Assembly: GCA_937889065.1 (NCBI GenBank)
Contig: CALAQA010000103.1
Coordinates: 1-41,539, forward strand
Origin: an uncultured Alistipes sp.
Lineage (GTDB): Bacteria; Bacteroidota; Bacteroidia; Bacteroidales; Rikenellaceae
Reading direction: 5' to 3'
DNA: 41,539 bases
Part shown: one piece after another, positions 9,229 through 18,898 of the stretch
Layout of the letters: every line of letters begins with the position of its first letter
Position numbering within the stretch: position 1 is the stretch's first letter
Position numbers and translations under genes: made by a program
The notes under the pieces: model-generated
Database searches by the model: none
The model's input: the letters and a program-made list of their open reading frames with translations, nothing else
Told to the model about the DNA's origin: nothing

Positions 9229-9498
9229 TTACTCCTTAATCAATCCGTATTCACGCCACGTGGCCAACAGCGCCTCCGCATCGGCTTGAGCCGTAGCGAG
9301 GTCAATCTCGTAGCGACTCGTGAGGAACTCGGCCACCTGTGCAGCATCTACCTCACGCTCGCCCACAAACTCCCACACGGCAGCCGCCGTTTCGTTGAGC
9401 TGATAGACATTCGTCATTCGAGCCTCACCGGTCACACCATCGACCACCATATACATACGGCCGATTTTGCGCAGCTTGAGTCGGGGTACACGTCGCAT
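9229..9498 (-). CDS. Stand-alone PqqD-family protein / RiPP recognition element (RRE)
   Basis: 89 aa; three beta-strand N-terminus, then YQLNETAAAVWEFV...VAEFLTSRYEID...AQADAEALLATW...GLI, the classic PqqD-family pattern. Confidence 0.88.
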   Translation of the reverse strand: MRRVPRLKLRKIGRMYMVVDGVTGEARMTNVYQLNETAAAVWEFVGEREVDAAQVAEFLTSRYEIDLATAQADAEALLATWREYGLIKE

Positions 9499-9522
9499 AG
9501 TGAGCTGTGAATGTGCGGTTTG

Positions 9523-10158
9523 CTAAAATTTCTTACCCGTCAGAATCGAGAGTGCCGTCAGGGTGATAATCTTCATATCGAGCCAGAACGAACACTTCTC
9601 CAGGTACTCCAAATCCATACGCAGACGCTCCAACATCTTCTCCATCGTATCGGTATAGCCGTTGTAGAGGGTCGCCATCGAGAAGAGACCCGGACGCATC
9701 GCATAGAGGCGTGCATAGTCGGGGTTGTGCTCCATAATCTGGTCGATAAAGACCTGACGCTCGGGACGATAACCCACAAACGACATATCGCCCTTCAAGA
9801 CATTCCACAACTGCGGAAGCTCGTCGATGTGGTGGTCGCGAATGAAACGTCCGACACGGGTCAGACGGTCGTCACCCGAATGGTAGAGCTGTGCGCCGTC
9901 ACGCTCGGCCTCCACAATCATCGAGCGAAACTTGTAGAGCGTGAAGGGTTTGCCTTTGTAGCCGATGCGCTCCTGCTTGAAGATGGCCGGGCCGCCATCC
10001 TCCAATTTGATGCAGATCCAAATAATGAGCATCAGCCACGACCAAACCAAAAGGCCGATGAGCGAACAAACAATATCGAAAGTGCGTTTGCAAAGACGTG
10101 CCCACCAGGGCATCGGATGAGCCGCTACGGGGTGAGCGCTGTTAGTCATTGTTTGCAT
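9523..10158 (-). CDS. Priming (initiating) sugar-phosphate transferase, Bac_transf family
   Basis: KRTFDI..S, one TM, FKQERIG..G.PF...KFRSM, DDRLTRVGRFIR..IDELPQLWNVLKGDMSFVG.RP. Start uncertain (10149-10191). Confidence 0.93.
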   Translation of the reverse strand: MQTMTNSAHPVAAHPMPWWARLCKRTFDIVCSLIGLLVWSWLMLIIWICIKLEDGGPAIFKQERIGYKGKPFTLYKFRSMIVEAERDGAQLYHSGDDRLTRVGRFIRDHHIDELPQLWNVLKGDMSFVGYRPERQVFIDQIMEHNPDYARLYAMRPGLFSMATLYNGYTDTMEKMLERLRMDLEYLEKCSFWLDMKIITLTALSILTGKKF

Positions 10159-11281
10159 TGGTTTCAGTATAGAGTTTAAGCGTAGTATCAATCATACGGT
10201 CGAGGGTAAACATCCGCTCGTAGCGTTTGCGGGCCCCCTCGGCATAGCGTTCGTAGATCATCGGATGGGCCGTGATGGCCTTAATGGCCTCGGCCAACCG
10301 CTTGGCATCGCCCGACTTGGCATTCAAGCCGCTCTCGCCATCCCGATTGACCCAGTGTACACCCGACCCCTGAATGGTGGTAGCCACCACCGGTTTGGCG
10401 TGGGCCATCGCCTCAATCTGCACGATGCCGAAGGCCTCGGTTTTGAATACCGAGCTGAGGCAGAACAGATCGCAGGCATCGTAGTAGCAGCAGACCTCCT
10501 CGCCCGAGATAAAGCCTAGCAGACGTACTCGTTCCTGCAGGCCCAACTCGTCGATGCGCTGCTGCAACTGCTCACGCAAGGGGCCCGAGCCACCAATCAG
10601 CACCACAAAATCATCGCCCAGCCATTGGGCCGACTCGACCAGGTGTTCGTAGCCCTTGTAGGAGACCAAACGACCCAGCGAGAAGACGATCTTCTTGCCC
10701 GGGAACTGCTCACGGATGTAGGCGCCGCACCCCTGTGTCGTCTGCGGATCCTCGATACCGATGGGGATGCAGCGGGTCTTCGCCTGCACATCCACCAGGT
10801 AGGGCGACTCCTTCAGGTAGAGGGGCGTCGTACCCACAATGGTCTCGGCACGACGGATGAGCCAACGCTGCAAGGGCTTGTAGAGCTTCAAGAGAAACTT
10901 CTGCTTGAGAATGTCGCTGTGCCAATGCAGAATCACACGCCCCTTGTAGCCCGCCAGGAAGAGCGCCAGACAGGCCATCGGGTCGGGATGGTGGATGTGG
11001 ATGATGTCGTAGTTGCGGCAAATGCGGCGCAAGCGGAAAATCATCACGGGCGAGAGCATCGTAGCCGCCGCCTTTACCACGGCGTGGCAACAGATGAGGT
11101 TGGCGTTTTCGTTGATCTTCACCACCTCGCTACGCCCCTCCACGGCACACAACATATCGCACTTCACCCCACGCTGCGACAGACCCAGCATCAGGTCATA
11201 CATCACCTTCTCCACGCCACCGCGGATGGGGTAAAATTTTCCAACTTGAAGTACACTCAATGTCGATGATTTCTGATTCAT
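10142..11281 (-). CDS. GT4 (GT-B) glycosyltransferase
   Basis: GKFYP.RGGVE, HIHHPDP, LGRLVSYKG, EAFGIVQIEAMA (EX7E). Likely start MNQKSS at 11281. Confidence 0.92.
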   Translation of the reverse strand: MNQKSSTLSVLQVGKFYPIRGGVEKVMYDLMLGLSQRGVKCDMLCAVEGRSEVVKINENANLICCHAVVKAAATMLSPVMIFRLRRICRNYDIIHIHHPDPMACLALFLAGYKGRVILHWHSDILKQKFLLKLYKPLQRWLIRRAETIVGTTPLYLKESPYLVDVQAKTRCIPIGIEDPQTTQGCGAYIREQFPGKKIVFSLGRLVSYKGYEHLVESAQWLGDDFVVLIGGSGPLREQLQQRIDELGLQERVRLLGFISGEEVCCYYDACDLFCLSSVFKTEAFGIVQIEAMAHAKPVVATTIQGSGVHWVNRDGESGLNAKSGDAKRLAEAIKAITAHPMIYERYAEGARKRYERMFTLDRMIDTTLKLYTETNANND

Positions 11282-11374
11282 TCGGCCTGCTTTGATGCTA
11301 TTCTCGGCTCGCACACACGCCTACGCGAGCCACTTTGGCGAACATTTTTCGGCATCCGACCCACCCGACAGCAC

Positions 11375-11425
11375 ATAATATCGGGGCTTTGACAACCACA
11401 CAAAACAGTGATTCCCAATCAATTA
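11375..11425 (-). repeat. Leader element copy A (direct repeat of 22821-22871)
   Basis: 39/51 identical in an ungapped alignment to copy B (manual count); contains the palindrome TGATT-N3-AATCA. Confidence 0.75.
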
Positions 11426-11488
11426 TCCCAACCCGTAAATCAGCAACCCATCACAAACGGCCGCTTTTAGGCAGGTGGATACACTTTG

Positions 11489-11519
11489 CAAATATACGAC
11501 TTTTAGTAGAAAGTTGAAA
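11489..11519 (-). promoter_or_regulatory. Bacteroidota sigma-A-type promoter for capsule unit 2
   Basis: -7 box TATATTTG (11496-11489, consensus TAnnTTTG); TTTC 19 nt upstream as a near-consensus -33 box. Confidence 0.65.
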
Positions 11520-11613
11520 CAAAACGGACCTTTTTTTGCTATTTTTTTTCATCGCTCCACAGCGCTGATTTTAAGCCACCTTCCCGCCCCCATCTCACCT
11601 ACCCGACCACCTC

Positions 11614-11650
11614 AAAAAACCACCCGCCCGAATCTCGGACAGGTGGTTTT
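11614..11650 (-). terminator. Intrinsic terminator ending capsule unit 1
   Basis: AAAACCACCTGTCCGA-gat-TCGGGCGGGTGGTTTTTT on the minus strand, just after the GT4 stop at 11679. Confidence 0.85.
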
Positions 11651-11678
11651 GTATGAATCTAAAAAACGGAGTGCTCGC

Positions 11679-12782
11679 CTACGCCAACAAGGCGGCAAAC
11701 AACTCGTACCAATCTGTGGCCACGGGAGCTGCGATACGAGCGGGCGGCACAGGGTGAAAGGAGGAATAATCCTTCTGGATGACATTCCGCATCTCCTCTG
11801 CGAGTGTTTGCGGACATTCGGGATCGAAAAAAGCGACCTCATCACTGCCTGCCGCAGTTTCGTGTGCATAAGGTAAATCCGCCAACAACATTGGCTTCCT
11901 ATAGGCAGCAAACTCGGATATGGGCAACCCCCAAGTCTCCACTCGAGAGGGAAAAATCAAACAATCGCTCACCGCATAATAATGAGCCAACTGCTCTTTG
12001 CTCAAAAAGCCGACAAATTTAATGTTTTCACAACTTCCCCATTTGTTGTAGAGCCATTTAGCATAGCGGTTTTCGTCCCCCTTCAGCGTGATCGCCACCT
12101 CGAACTGAGACGCATCAGCCTCCTCTGCCAACATCTCTGCTGCTCGACAAACAGCCTCAAAATTTTTATGACAATCGGGAGTGGCAGCAAAGAAAAAGCG
12201 GACTTTGCCATCCTCAACCCGAACAGCACTTATGGGTGCAATCTTCGCTTTTTGAGGAGGAGCTACAATAAACCGACTCTCCTCAACACCAAACATTTGC
12301 GAGAAACCGCGACGGAGCCATTCGGCTTGAACTATTAAGTATTTGTTGCGATGGATATTGATGCGATATGCAAAACGTGTAAAAAGTGCAAAAAGTACGA
12401 TTTTGGGATCGAATAGAAAATCTCGCCATCGCCACTTCAGGAAAGGAAATGAAGTTTGACAATAGACGGCCTGACGCTTTGCTGTAACACGTGGCGTGGT
12501 ATCGTGCATCGACAACCACAAATCAATCGACGGAAACCGCTTTGACACCTGTTTCATCGTGACGTACTCACACCACAAACGTCTCCCCCATCCTTTGATG
12601 GTATGAGGCATCTCGATGTACTCTATGTTGGGATAATCGCACAACGAACGTTTATGCACCAAAGCAACAATGTGCCAACCTTGCAGCTGAGCTTGCGTGG
12701 ATAAATAGTCCAAGCAACTTCGCAAAATGGTCAATGTGCCACCTTTACGGATATTCACAGCAGACAAAACAATTGTTTTCAT
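11679..12782 (-). CDS. GT4 glycosyltransferase
   Basis: GGTLTIL, HKNFE, FPSRVETWGLPISEF, DLPYAHE. Confidence 0.9.
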   Translation of the reverse strand: MKTIVLSAVNIRKGGTLTILRSCLDYLSTQAQLQGWHIVALVHKRSLCDYPNIEYIEMPHTIKGWGRRLWCEYVTMKQVSKRFPSIDLWLSMHDTTPRVTAKRQAVYCQTSFPFLKWRWRDFLFDPKIVLFALFTRFAYRINIHRNKYLIVQAEWLRRGFSQMFGVEESRFIVAPPQKAKIAPISAVRVEDGKVRFFFAATPDCHKNFEAVCRAAEMLAEEADASQFEVAITLKGDENRYAKWLYNKWGSCENIKFVGFLSKEQLAHYYAVSDCLIFPSRVETWGLPISEFAAYRKPMLLADLPYAHETAAGSDEVAFFDPECPQTLAEEMRNVIQKDYSSFHPVPPARIAAPVATDWYELFAALLA

Positions 12783-13921
12783 CGTTTGGACAACGTGTTA
12801 AACAGTTCCATCCAACAATTCATAATGCGTTGCTCATCGAAACGAGCCGAGGACCGAATGGCGACAGTCCCCATTTGACGACGTAGTTCGGGAGATTCTA
12901 TAAGCTTTATAAGGCCATCAGCCAACCCTTGGATATTTCCCTCCTCAACCAAAAAACCGTCCACACCGGAACTTACCACATCTGACGGACCGCATTTGCA
13001 ACGGAACGACACGATTGGCAATCCAAAAGCCTGTGCCTCCAACAAGACCATCGGCAACCCTTCATAGCGGGACGACATGATATATATAGAGGCTGCTGTA
13101 TAGATCGACTCCATATCGCTTGTCGGGGGTACCAAATGAATCTTTTGTTCCAATCCAAGCGTACGAGTTTGAGCCTGCAACGCCTCTTTAAGTTCGCCCC
13201 CTCCAACAATATCCAAATCCCACTCGGGATGACGTTCAGCCACCATATTCCAAGCAGCTATCAATCGATCAAATCCCTTTTGGTGAGAATATCGACCGAT
13301 GGAGACAACCCGCCTTTCCCCCAACGAGGCATACTTCTTCGGGGTAAATGTACGAGCATTAGGGATCACCATTATATTGGGCAGATTACCCCAATAACCA
13401 CGATCCTCTTCGGTCAATACCACAAATTTATCGTAACGCTGCACCAATCGCTCGTCATTGCGGGTGCGCCATCTATCCACCAAACCCCACAACCCTGTTC
13501 GTGCATATTGCAGTCGCTTGAATTTAGAAAAATGAATCTCCAACACCTTCTTGCTACCGTCTCGAATTCCCGCCAAAAACGAAGCTTCGTTGCAATACAT
13601 TGAAATCGTTATATCCGGTTTTTCTTCAAGTAACACCTTCCTTAAACGCCGACGATGTGCGTATTGCTTATAGGGATATTTTACGAGTTTATTGAAGAAC
13701 GATTTGCCGTTGTTTTCCTCATAATTAACAGCCAAGTCAATGCAGCGAATTCGGCTATCAAGTGCAAAGAACGGAGCTGCACCACGCTGATCAGTGGTCA
13801 CAATCACCACCTCATATCCGTGTTGAACCAAATAGTTGGCCTTATTGGCCAATACCCGCTCCATTCCTCCGGAATTATACGTTCCGGCTATGCAATAAAG
13901 GATTTTCACGATTCGGGACAC
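12779..13921 (-). CDS. GT4 glycosyltransferase
   Basis: GGMERV, IGRYSHQKGFD, SSRYEGLPMVLLEAQA. Confidence 0.92.
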   Translation of the reverse strand: MSRIVKILYCIAGTYNSGGMERVLANKANYLVQHGYEVVIVTTDQRGAAPFFALDSRIRCIDLAVNYEENNGKSFFNKLVKYPYKQYAHRRRLRKVLLEEKPDITISMYCNEASFLAGIRDGSKKVLEIHFSKFKRLQYARTGLWGLVDRWRTRNDERLVQRYDKFVVLTEEDRGYWGNLPNIMVIPNARTFTPKKYASLGERRVVSIGRYSHQKGFDRLIAAWNMVAERHPEWDLDIVGGGELKEALQAQTRTLGLEQKIHLVPPTSDMESIYTAASIYIMSSRYEGLPMVLLEAQAFGLPIVSFRCKCGPSDVVSSGVDGFLVEEGNIQGLADGLIKLIESPELRRQMGTVAIRSSARFDEQRIMNCWMELFNTLSKR

Positions 13922-15198
13922 ATCAATGGATCCTCTTCCGGTCGAACTCTGTCAAGCACCAAAAAGAGCGCAAAGACCAAAAAGATATCGGTTGAAACCT
14001 TAAACCACACCGTAAAATTGACGGCCAGAAAGAGCCAGAACAACGTTGCAAGATGTGGATTTTTTTGCATACATATACGGCCGGCCTTCCATATAAAAGC
14101 CATCATCGCTAACAAACCCGGAATACCCGAATAGAAGATAAAACGCAGGTAGCCAATATCTGTTTGCATATAATACCCGTGGAAACTGGGGCCAGTATAA
14201 TACGGATCAATCCCGGTGGGGTTAATCATATACCCATCACCAATCCACCATGTCTTTGCATTATCAGGAAAGACCACCATGTTTCTTAAAATTTCGTTTG
14301 AACGAACCTCCCATTCACCTGTCTCCGCTAACGAAAAGAAGCCCTCAAAGGCAAAGCGCAGGTTGTCATGCACCTGTTCGTTATTATTATAGAACCATAC
14401 GACTATGGGGACAACAACCAATAATGCAACCACACCCCATAGCGCCACGCGCCACACCGAGCGATTGAAAGATAAACGATGCAGCCCCAATGCAAAGATG
14501 ATATAGGCAATAGCCAGAACGATTCCAACAGTCGTTGTACGTGCAATCATATTTCCCACCACGGCAATTATGAAGAACGCAAGGATATAACATACGACAT
14601 ATTTTCTGCGTGGCGTTTCCATCAATTGAGTACATAGGTATGCTATCACCACCAAAGCCACGGCGAAACGAGATCCCGCAGGATCAAGATGGGCGCCTAC
14701 GCCATGTAATCTTTCTTGCAACCAAACCTCCTGCATTCCTACCACCGTAGAATGGACTAAAAGACGAAACGGCACATAAAAATCCACCAAAATAGCCGAT
14801 ACACACTGGAACACACACACGGCAATCAGGTAGTTGCATACTAGCTCAACAGAGATATATCCGTGTATCTTTCGCATATACATTACCGCCAGATAGGCTG
14901 CACTCAACCAAACCCACATCGAGATAATGTACGAAACATAGGTATAATCTCGTGTCTCATTCAACGTGACGGCCACAAAACTGGTAAAGGAGACCACCAA
15001 AGCATACATCGAGATGGTCACTGCGTCCTTACTAAAGATCGAGTTTCTCGCTTTTCCCAACTGAAAACCCAAGACCACCAAACCAATACCGGCCATTGCC
15101 ATCTTGGTATTCACGCCCGGCAGGAAGGTGAATTCAAAGGGGAAAAAGTAAAAACTCGTAATGATTACACCTATCGCAATCTGTATATATTTCAGCAT
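13906..15198 (-). CDS. wzy: Probable polysaccharide polymerase (multi-TM)
   Basis: About 10-11 hydrophobic segments, ARTT and TDIGYLR..FY.G..G; position among GTs in a wzx/wzc locus. Confidence 0.7.
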   Translation of the reverse strand: MLKYIQIAIGVIITSFYFFPFEFTFLPGVNTKMAMAGIGLVVLGFQLGKARNSIFSKDAVTISMYALVVSFTSFVAVTLNETRDYTYVSYIISMWVWLSAAYLAVMYMRKIHGYISVELVCNYLIAVCVFQCVSAILVDFYVPFRLLVHSTVVGMQEVWLQERLHGVGAHLDPAGSRFAVALVVIAYLCTQLMETPRRKYVVCYILAFFIIAVVGNMIARTTTVGIVLAIAYIIFALGLHRLSFNRSVWRVALWGVVALLVVVPIVVWFYNNNEQVHDNLRFAFEGFFSLAETGEWEVRSNEILRNMVVFPDNAKTWWIGDGYMINPTGIDPYYTGPSFHGYYMQTDIGYLRFIFYSGIPGLLAMMAFIWKAGRICMQKNPHLATLFWLFLAVNFTVWFKVSTDIFLVFALFLVLDRVRPEEDPLMCPES

Positions 15199-15199
15199 T

Positions 15200-16180
15200 T
15201 TAACGATATATTATGCCATAAATAAACTTATAAACCACCTTGTAGTAGAGCCACACCGCCCAGAACTGTTGTTTTGCAGCCAGCCATTGCAGCATCTTGG
15301 TACGCCACGGCAACGTTGCGGCACTCCAGATATAGCGATTCGACTCCGGATACCACTCCGTCCAGCGGCGATAATCCGAACGTTTGTCACTGATAATAAA
15401 GGGCAGCTTCACGCTCAACTGGAAGCGTGCAATCGGCGCCTCCATTGCAGCACCAAACCGTGCTCGAAGGAAGGTCACCGTCTCATCTACGTTGCAACGA
15501 ATATCGACCAAATGACGCTCCGAGAAGGTTTGCGTCAGCGCCGACATATTCAGACGCACATAGTGATAATAGGCCTTGGGGATATAGGCAACTAGCTTGG
15601 CGCACGCCAACAACCGTATCATCGTCATATCCTCGCCCATGCTGTGGCCCGCAGGGAAGCGAACGGCGTTTTCGGCGTAGAGCGATCGTCGCACCAACTT
15701 ATTCCATACGTTGTATTTCATCGCCCCATCCAGCACACCATTCAACGCCTCCTCGGCTGTGGCATAACTGCGAACCTTCATATAACGCTCGTTTTGCTCG
15801 AACGAAAGAAAAAAATCGCTCCAAAGATAGTCCGCGCCTTGTTGCTTGGCCGCCTCGTACATCTCGGCCAACATTTCGCGCTCCACATAGTCATCGCTAT
15901 CGCAGTGGAAGATATACTCACCCTGCGCCACCTCCAAACCGGTGTTGCGGGCAGCCGGGAGACCCTTGTTTTGCTCGTGAGTCAGGATGCGCACCTGATT
16001 TGCCCGTTCGGGATAATCGGCCAACGTGCGCTGCAAAATGGCAATACTTTGGTCGGGCGAAGCATCATCCACAAAGATATACTCCACCTCGTCGAGCGTC
16101 TGCTCCATCAACGACCGCACGCACCGCTCGATGAAACCCTCAACCTTGTAAATAGGAACTATGACGGAGACTTTCATCAT
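15200..16180 (-). CDS. GT2 glycosyltransferase
   Basis: VSVIVPIY, FVDDASPD, GLPAARNTG, CDSDD, GED. Confidence 0.93.
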   Translation of the reverse strand: MMKVSVIVPIYKVEGFIERCVRSLMEQTLDEVEYIFVDDASPDQSIAILQRTLADYPERANQVRILTHEQNKGLPAARNTGLEVAQGEYIFHCDSDDYVEREMLAEMYEAAKQQGADYLWSDFFLSFEQNERYMKVRSYATAEEALNGVLDGAMKYNVWNKLVRRSLYAENAVRFPAGHSMGEDMTMIRLLACAKLVAYIPKAYYHYVRLNMSALTQTFSERHLVDIRCNVDETVTFLRARFGAAMEAPIARFQLSVKLPFIISDKRSDYRRWTEWYPESNRYIWSAATLPWRTKMLQWLAAKQQFWAVWLYYKVVYKFIYGIIYR

Positions 16181-17157
16181 CTAAAACAAAATTTCACAAC
16201 AGCAGTCTCTTTGTTGCGAATGACCAGATATGCAGTTGCAAACGAAAGTGCAACCGTAGCAACAAACATCCAATAGGGATGCAGACCCGGGTAAAGTATT
16301 GTTAACAACCCAACCCACAACATATGCACAAAATAGACTATCGTACTAGTGAGTCTGAAGTTTTTATAAAGGTTGTCTTGTCTGGGCTTGATATCAAATT
16401 GAAGCACTAGTGAAAACAACGCATATATCACCACAAACGTTGCAAGTTTAACACCTAGCATGTGAACTATAAAGCTTGCAATCAATAATAACCACAATAT
16501 ATTCTTGTTACACACTCCGTGAGATGCTATCGCCACACCTATCATAATATACGGCAATCCTTCAAAAAAACCATTTCGAGTCGTTTGAAACAACCTATAG
16601 TATATATTGAAATAGCCGATATCGTGCATTTGATTAATCACAACACCGATAAGTGCAAAAAGTGCAGCGATAACATACATCGTTCTTGCCTTAAAATCCA
16701 AGCGGACCATTAAGTAAATTATAACTCCTGCCACCAACATTCCTAGCAAATACCATAATGGCCATGACCAAAAATTTTGACCGACAAGAAGGATATTTCT
16801 ACAATAGACAAGAAATGCTTTAGGAAATGACAATCCATCAAGCCAAAAGCCATATATAGCATACGGGAGATATATCAGCGTCCACACGATGTACAGTCTT
16901 AACGTCTTGGACAACCATTTCCTTAAACGCGATAGCTTTTCTTGCTTGGTTGCGTTCCATATTTTATACCATACCAAAAAACCAGACGCAGCAAAAAAGA
17001 AAGGGACCTTGATAGCTAAAGCATTGGTCAACATTTCTCTCCACTCACTTGAAGATATAACGGCAAACAAATTAGTATGTGTGGCTACCACCAAAACAGC
17101 CATACATACTTTAATAAGATCTATGTTATTAAAATTTGACCGTGAAATCCTAAGCAT
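16177..17157 (-). CDS. Acyltransferase family 3 (membrane O-acetyltransferase)
   Basis: NIDLIK..MAVLVV..H, VPFFF..SGF, LWYL, IVYFVH; multi-TM. ATG at 17157 (TTG at 17163 is an alternative). Confidence 0.85.
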   Translation of the reverse strand: MLRISRSNFNNIDLIKVCMAVLVVATHTNLFAVISSSEWREMLTNALAIKVPFFFAASGFLVWYKIWNATKQEKLSRLRKWLSKTLRLYIVWTLIYLPYAIYGFWLDGLSFPKAFLVYCRNILLVGQNFWSWPLWYLLGMLVAGVIIYLMVRLDFKARTMYVIAALFALIGVVINQMHDIGYFNIYYRLFQTTRNGFFEGLPYIMIGVAIASHGVCNKNILWLLLIASFIVHMLGVKLATFVVIYALFSLVLQFDIKPRQDNLYKNFRLTSTIVYFVHMLWVGLLTILYPGLHPYWMFVATVALSFATAYLVIRNKETAVVKFCFR

Positions 17158-17166
17158 CCGCAACCG

Positions 17167-17904
17167 TTATTTACGTATTTTACTCACAAAACAACCCAGT
17201 CTCAGTAAAATTTTCTTCACAAGAGCATTCCAATATGCAGGAATTAGCATCTTGATAGGCATCTTTGTTCTGTTTTCACCGAACGTTTCCTGTTTTATTG
17301 TACTTGAAAATGACTCAATATTCGCATCTATAACATACGGGAAAATTGCCTTAAGTTCTATTCCTTGAGCTCTATATAAAGACCAATGATCAGCAACACA
17401 CGACGGAGGAGTATTCAATTTTATTATGAGTCGCGCTGCTGCGCGATTTATCAAATATGCATAAGCGCCAACAGCATCAAACACATTTGTGACACAAACT
17501 CCATTAACATTTTTTTTACGATACCACCAATAGTCGCCACTAAGAAAAAGGATGATGGGGTCTTCCGAATTTAATAGATTTGCACATTGGGGTAATACAG
17601 ACATTTCGCCCACAATCGTTATATCATCCTCCAATATCAGTACATACGGTTCATTAGATTTCAGGAGATTCTGGTAGCACTTATAATGACTCAGCGTACA
17701 TCCTATTTCTCCAAGATTCAACACTCTCCCATAACGCTTATACGATAGCGTCCGATCGAATTGATCTTCAATTTGTGTATCCGTAAGAGCTTTACCGTAC
17801 ACAGCATCGACAAATTCGTAATCTAAATCATACTTCTTACAAATTTGAGCCATATGGGCGCGACGCTCCGCGTCTTTCTTCAGATTGATAATCCAGGTCT
17901 TCAT
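17167..17904 (-). CDS. GT25 glycosyltransferase
   Basis: IINLKK...RR..M, FVDAVYG, GEIGCTLSH, LILEDD, AYLIN..AA. Confidence 0.9.
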   Translation of the reverse strand: MKTWIINLKKDAERRAHMAQICKKYDLDYEFVDAVYGKALTDTQIEDQFDRTLSYKRYGRVLNLGEIGCTLSHYKCYQNLLKSNEPYVLILEDDITIVGEMSVLPQCANLLNSEDPIILFLSGDYWWYRKKNVNGVCVTNVFDAVGAYAYLINRAAARLIIKLNTPPSCVADHWSLYRAQGIELKAIFPYVIDANIESFSSTIKQETFGENRTKMPIKMLIPAYWNALVKKILLRLGCFVSKIRK

Positions 17905-17908
17905 TATG

Positions 17909-18898
17909 TTATTTATGTACTATTGCATCAACAATCTTTATAATCTTTATTAACGGGGCTGTCCATTTAGACAAAATCAATGTTTGACAAATTTTATCTT
18001 TTATACTGCATAATGGGTTCGACCAAATATATTTATTTGAAGCTGGCTCTACACTTCGATACTTCTCCCATTTTTCAGGAATAAACAACCACCCTCTTTT
18101 TGCTGAAAGCATACGCCAAGCCAATTCTCGTTCAAGTTCAAAATAAGTTTGATTGTCTCTAAAAAAGTTATTTATTTGATTGTAAATATAGATTTGAGAT
18201 TCTGTATTTCTTGCTAATGATTGCGAGGAGTTTGCATTAGAAACTATACTGCTAAGATTACAACGATTGTAATGGTATAGAGGCAACGATAATCGAATAT
18301 ACTTTTGAGCATAATACAGCAGCCTCACGGAAAGGCCATAGTCTTCACAAAAGCTATGGCCTTCATATGCCCTTAGATCATATTTTTCATATAATTCTCT
18401 TGATGCCAATACATTCCATAGAACATTCCAGCCATAGGTCATATAACACTTCATTAATTCCACTTTATCAATCATGGAATCTACAGTTGAATACTTGAGT
18501 TGTTGATTGGGGAGTTCCATATAAAAATCGCAAACCACGTAGTCGCTATTATTTGTGATAGCAGCATTATACAGCTTTTCATACATATCCTTCTCAACCC
18601 AATCATCACTATCGCAATGTACTATAAAATCACCGGAAGCAATACTAATACCCGTATTTCTTGCTGCGGGAATACCTTTATTCTCATCGTGAACTACAAT
18701 ACGACTGTGACTTGCTCGCTCTGGATACTCCGTCATAATTCGCTTGACAATGGAGATACTATCATCGGGAGATGCATCATCCACAAAGATATATTCGATT
18801 TCTTGTAGCGTCTGCTCGAAAAGTGAACGCACACATCGCTCCACATAGGTAGCAACATTATATATGGGGACGATAACCGAGACTTTACTTTTGCCCAT
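17909..18898 (-). CDS. GT2 glycosyltransferase
   Basis: VSVIVPIYN, FVDDASPD, AARNTG, CDSDD, CED. Confidence 0.93.
   Translation of the reverse strand: MGKSKVSVIVPIYNVATYVERCVRSLFEQTLQEIEYIFVDDASPDDSISIVKRIMTEYPERASHSRIVVHDENKGIPAARNTGISIASGDFIVHCDSDDWVEKDMYEKLYNAAITNNSDYVVCDFYMELPNQQLKYSTVDSMIDKVELMKCYMTYGWNVLWNVLASRELYEKYDLRAYEGHSFCEDYGLSVRLLYYAQKYIRLSLPLYHYNRCNLSSIVSNANSSQSLARNTESQIYIYNQINNFFRDNQTYFELERELAWRMLSAKRGWLFIPEKWEKYRSVEPASNKYIWSNPLCSIKDKICQTLILSKWTAPLIKIIKIVDAIVHK

Noticed and set aside
9229..9498. PQQ biosynthesis or a complete lasso peptide cluster
   Set aside because: No pqqA/B/C/E, lasso cyclase, B2 protease or lasso-like precursor is visible in the window.
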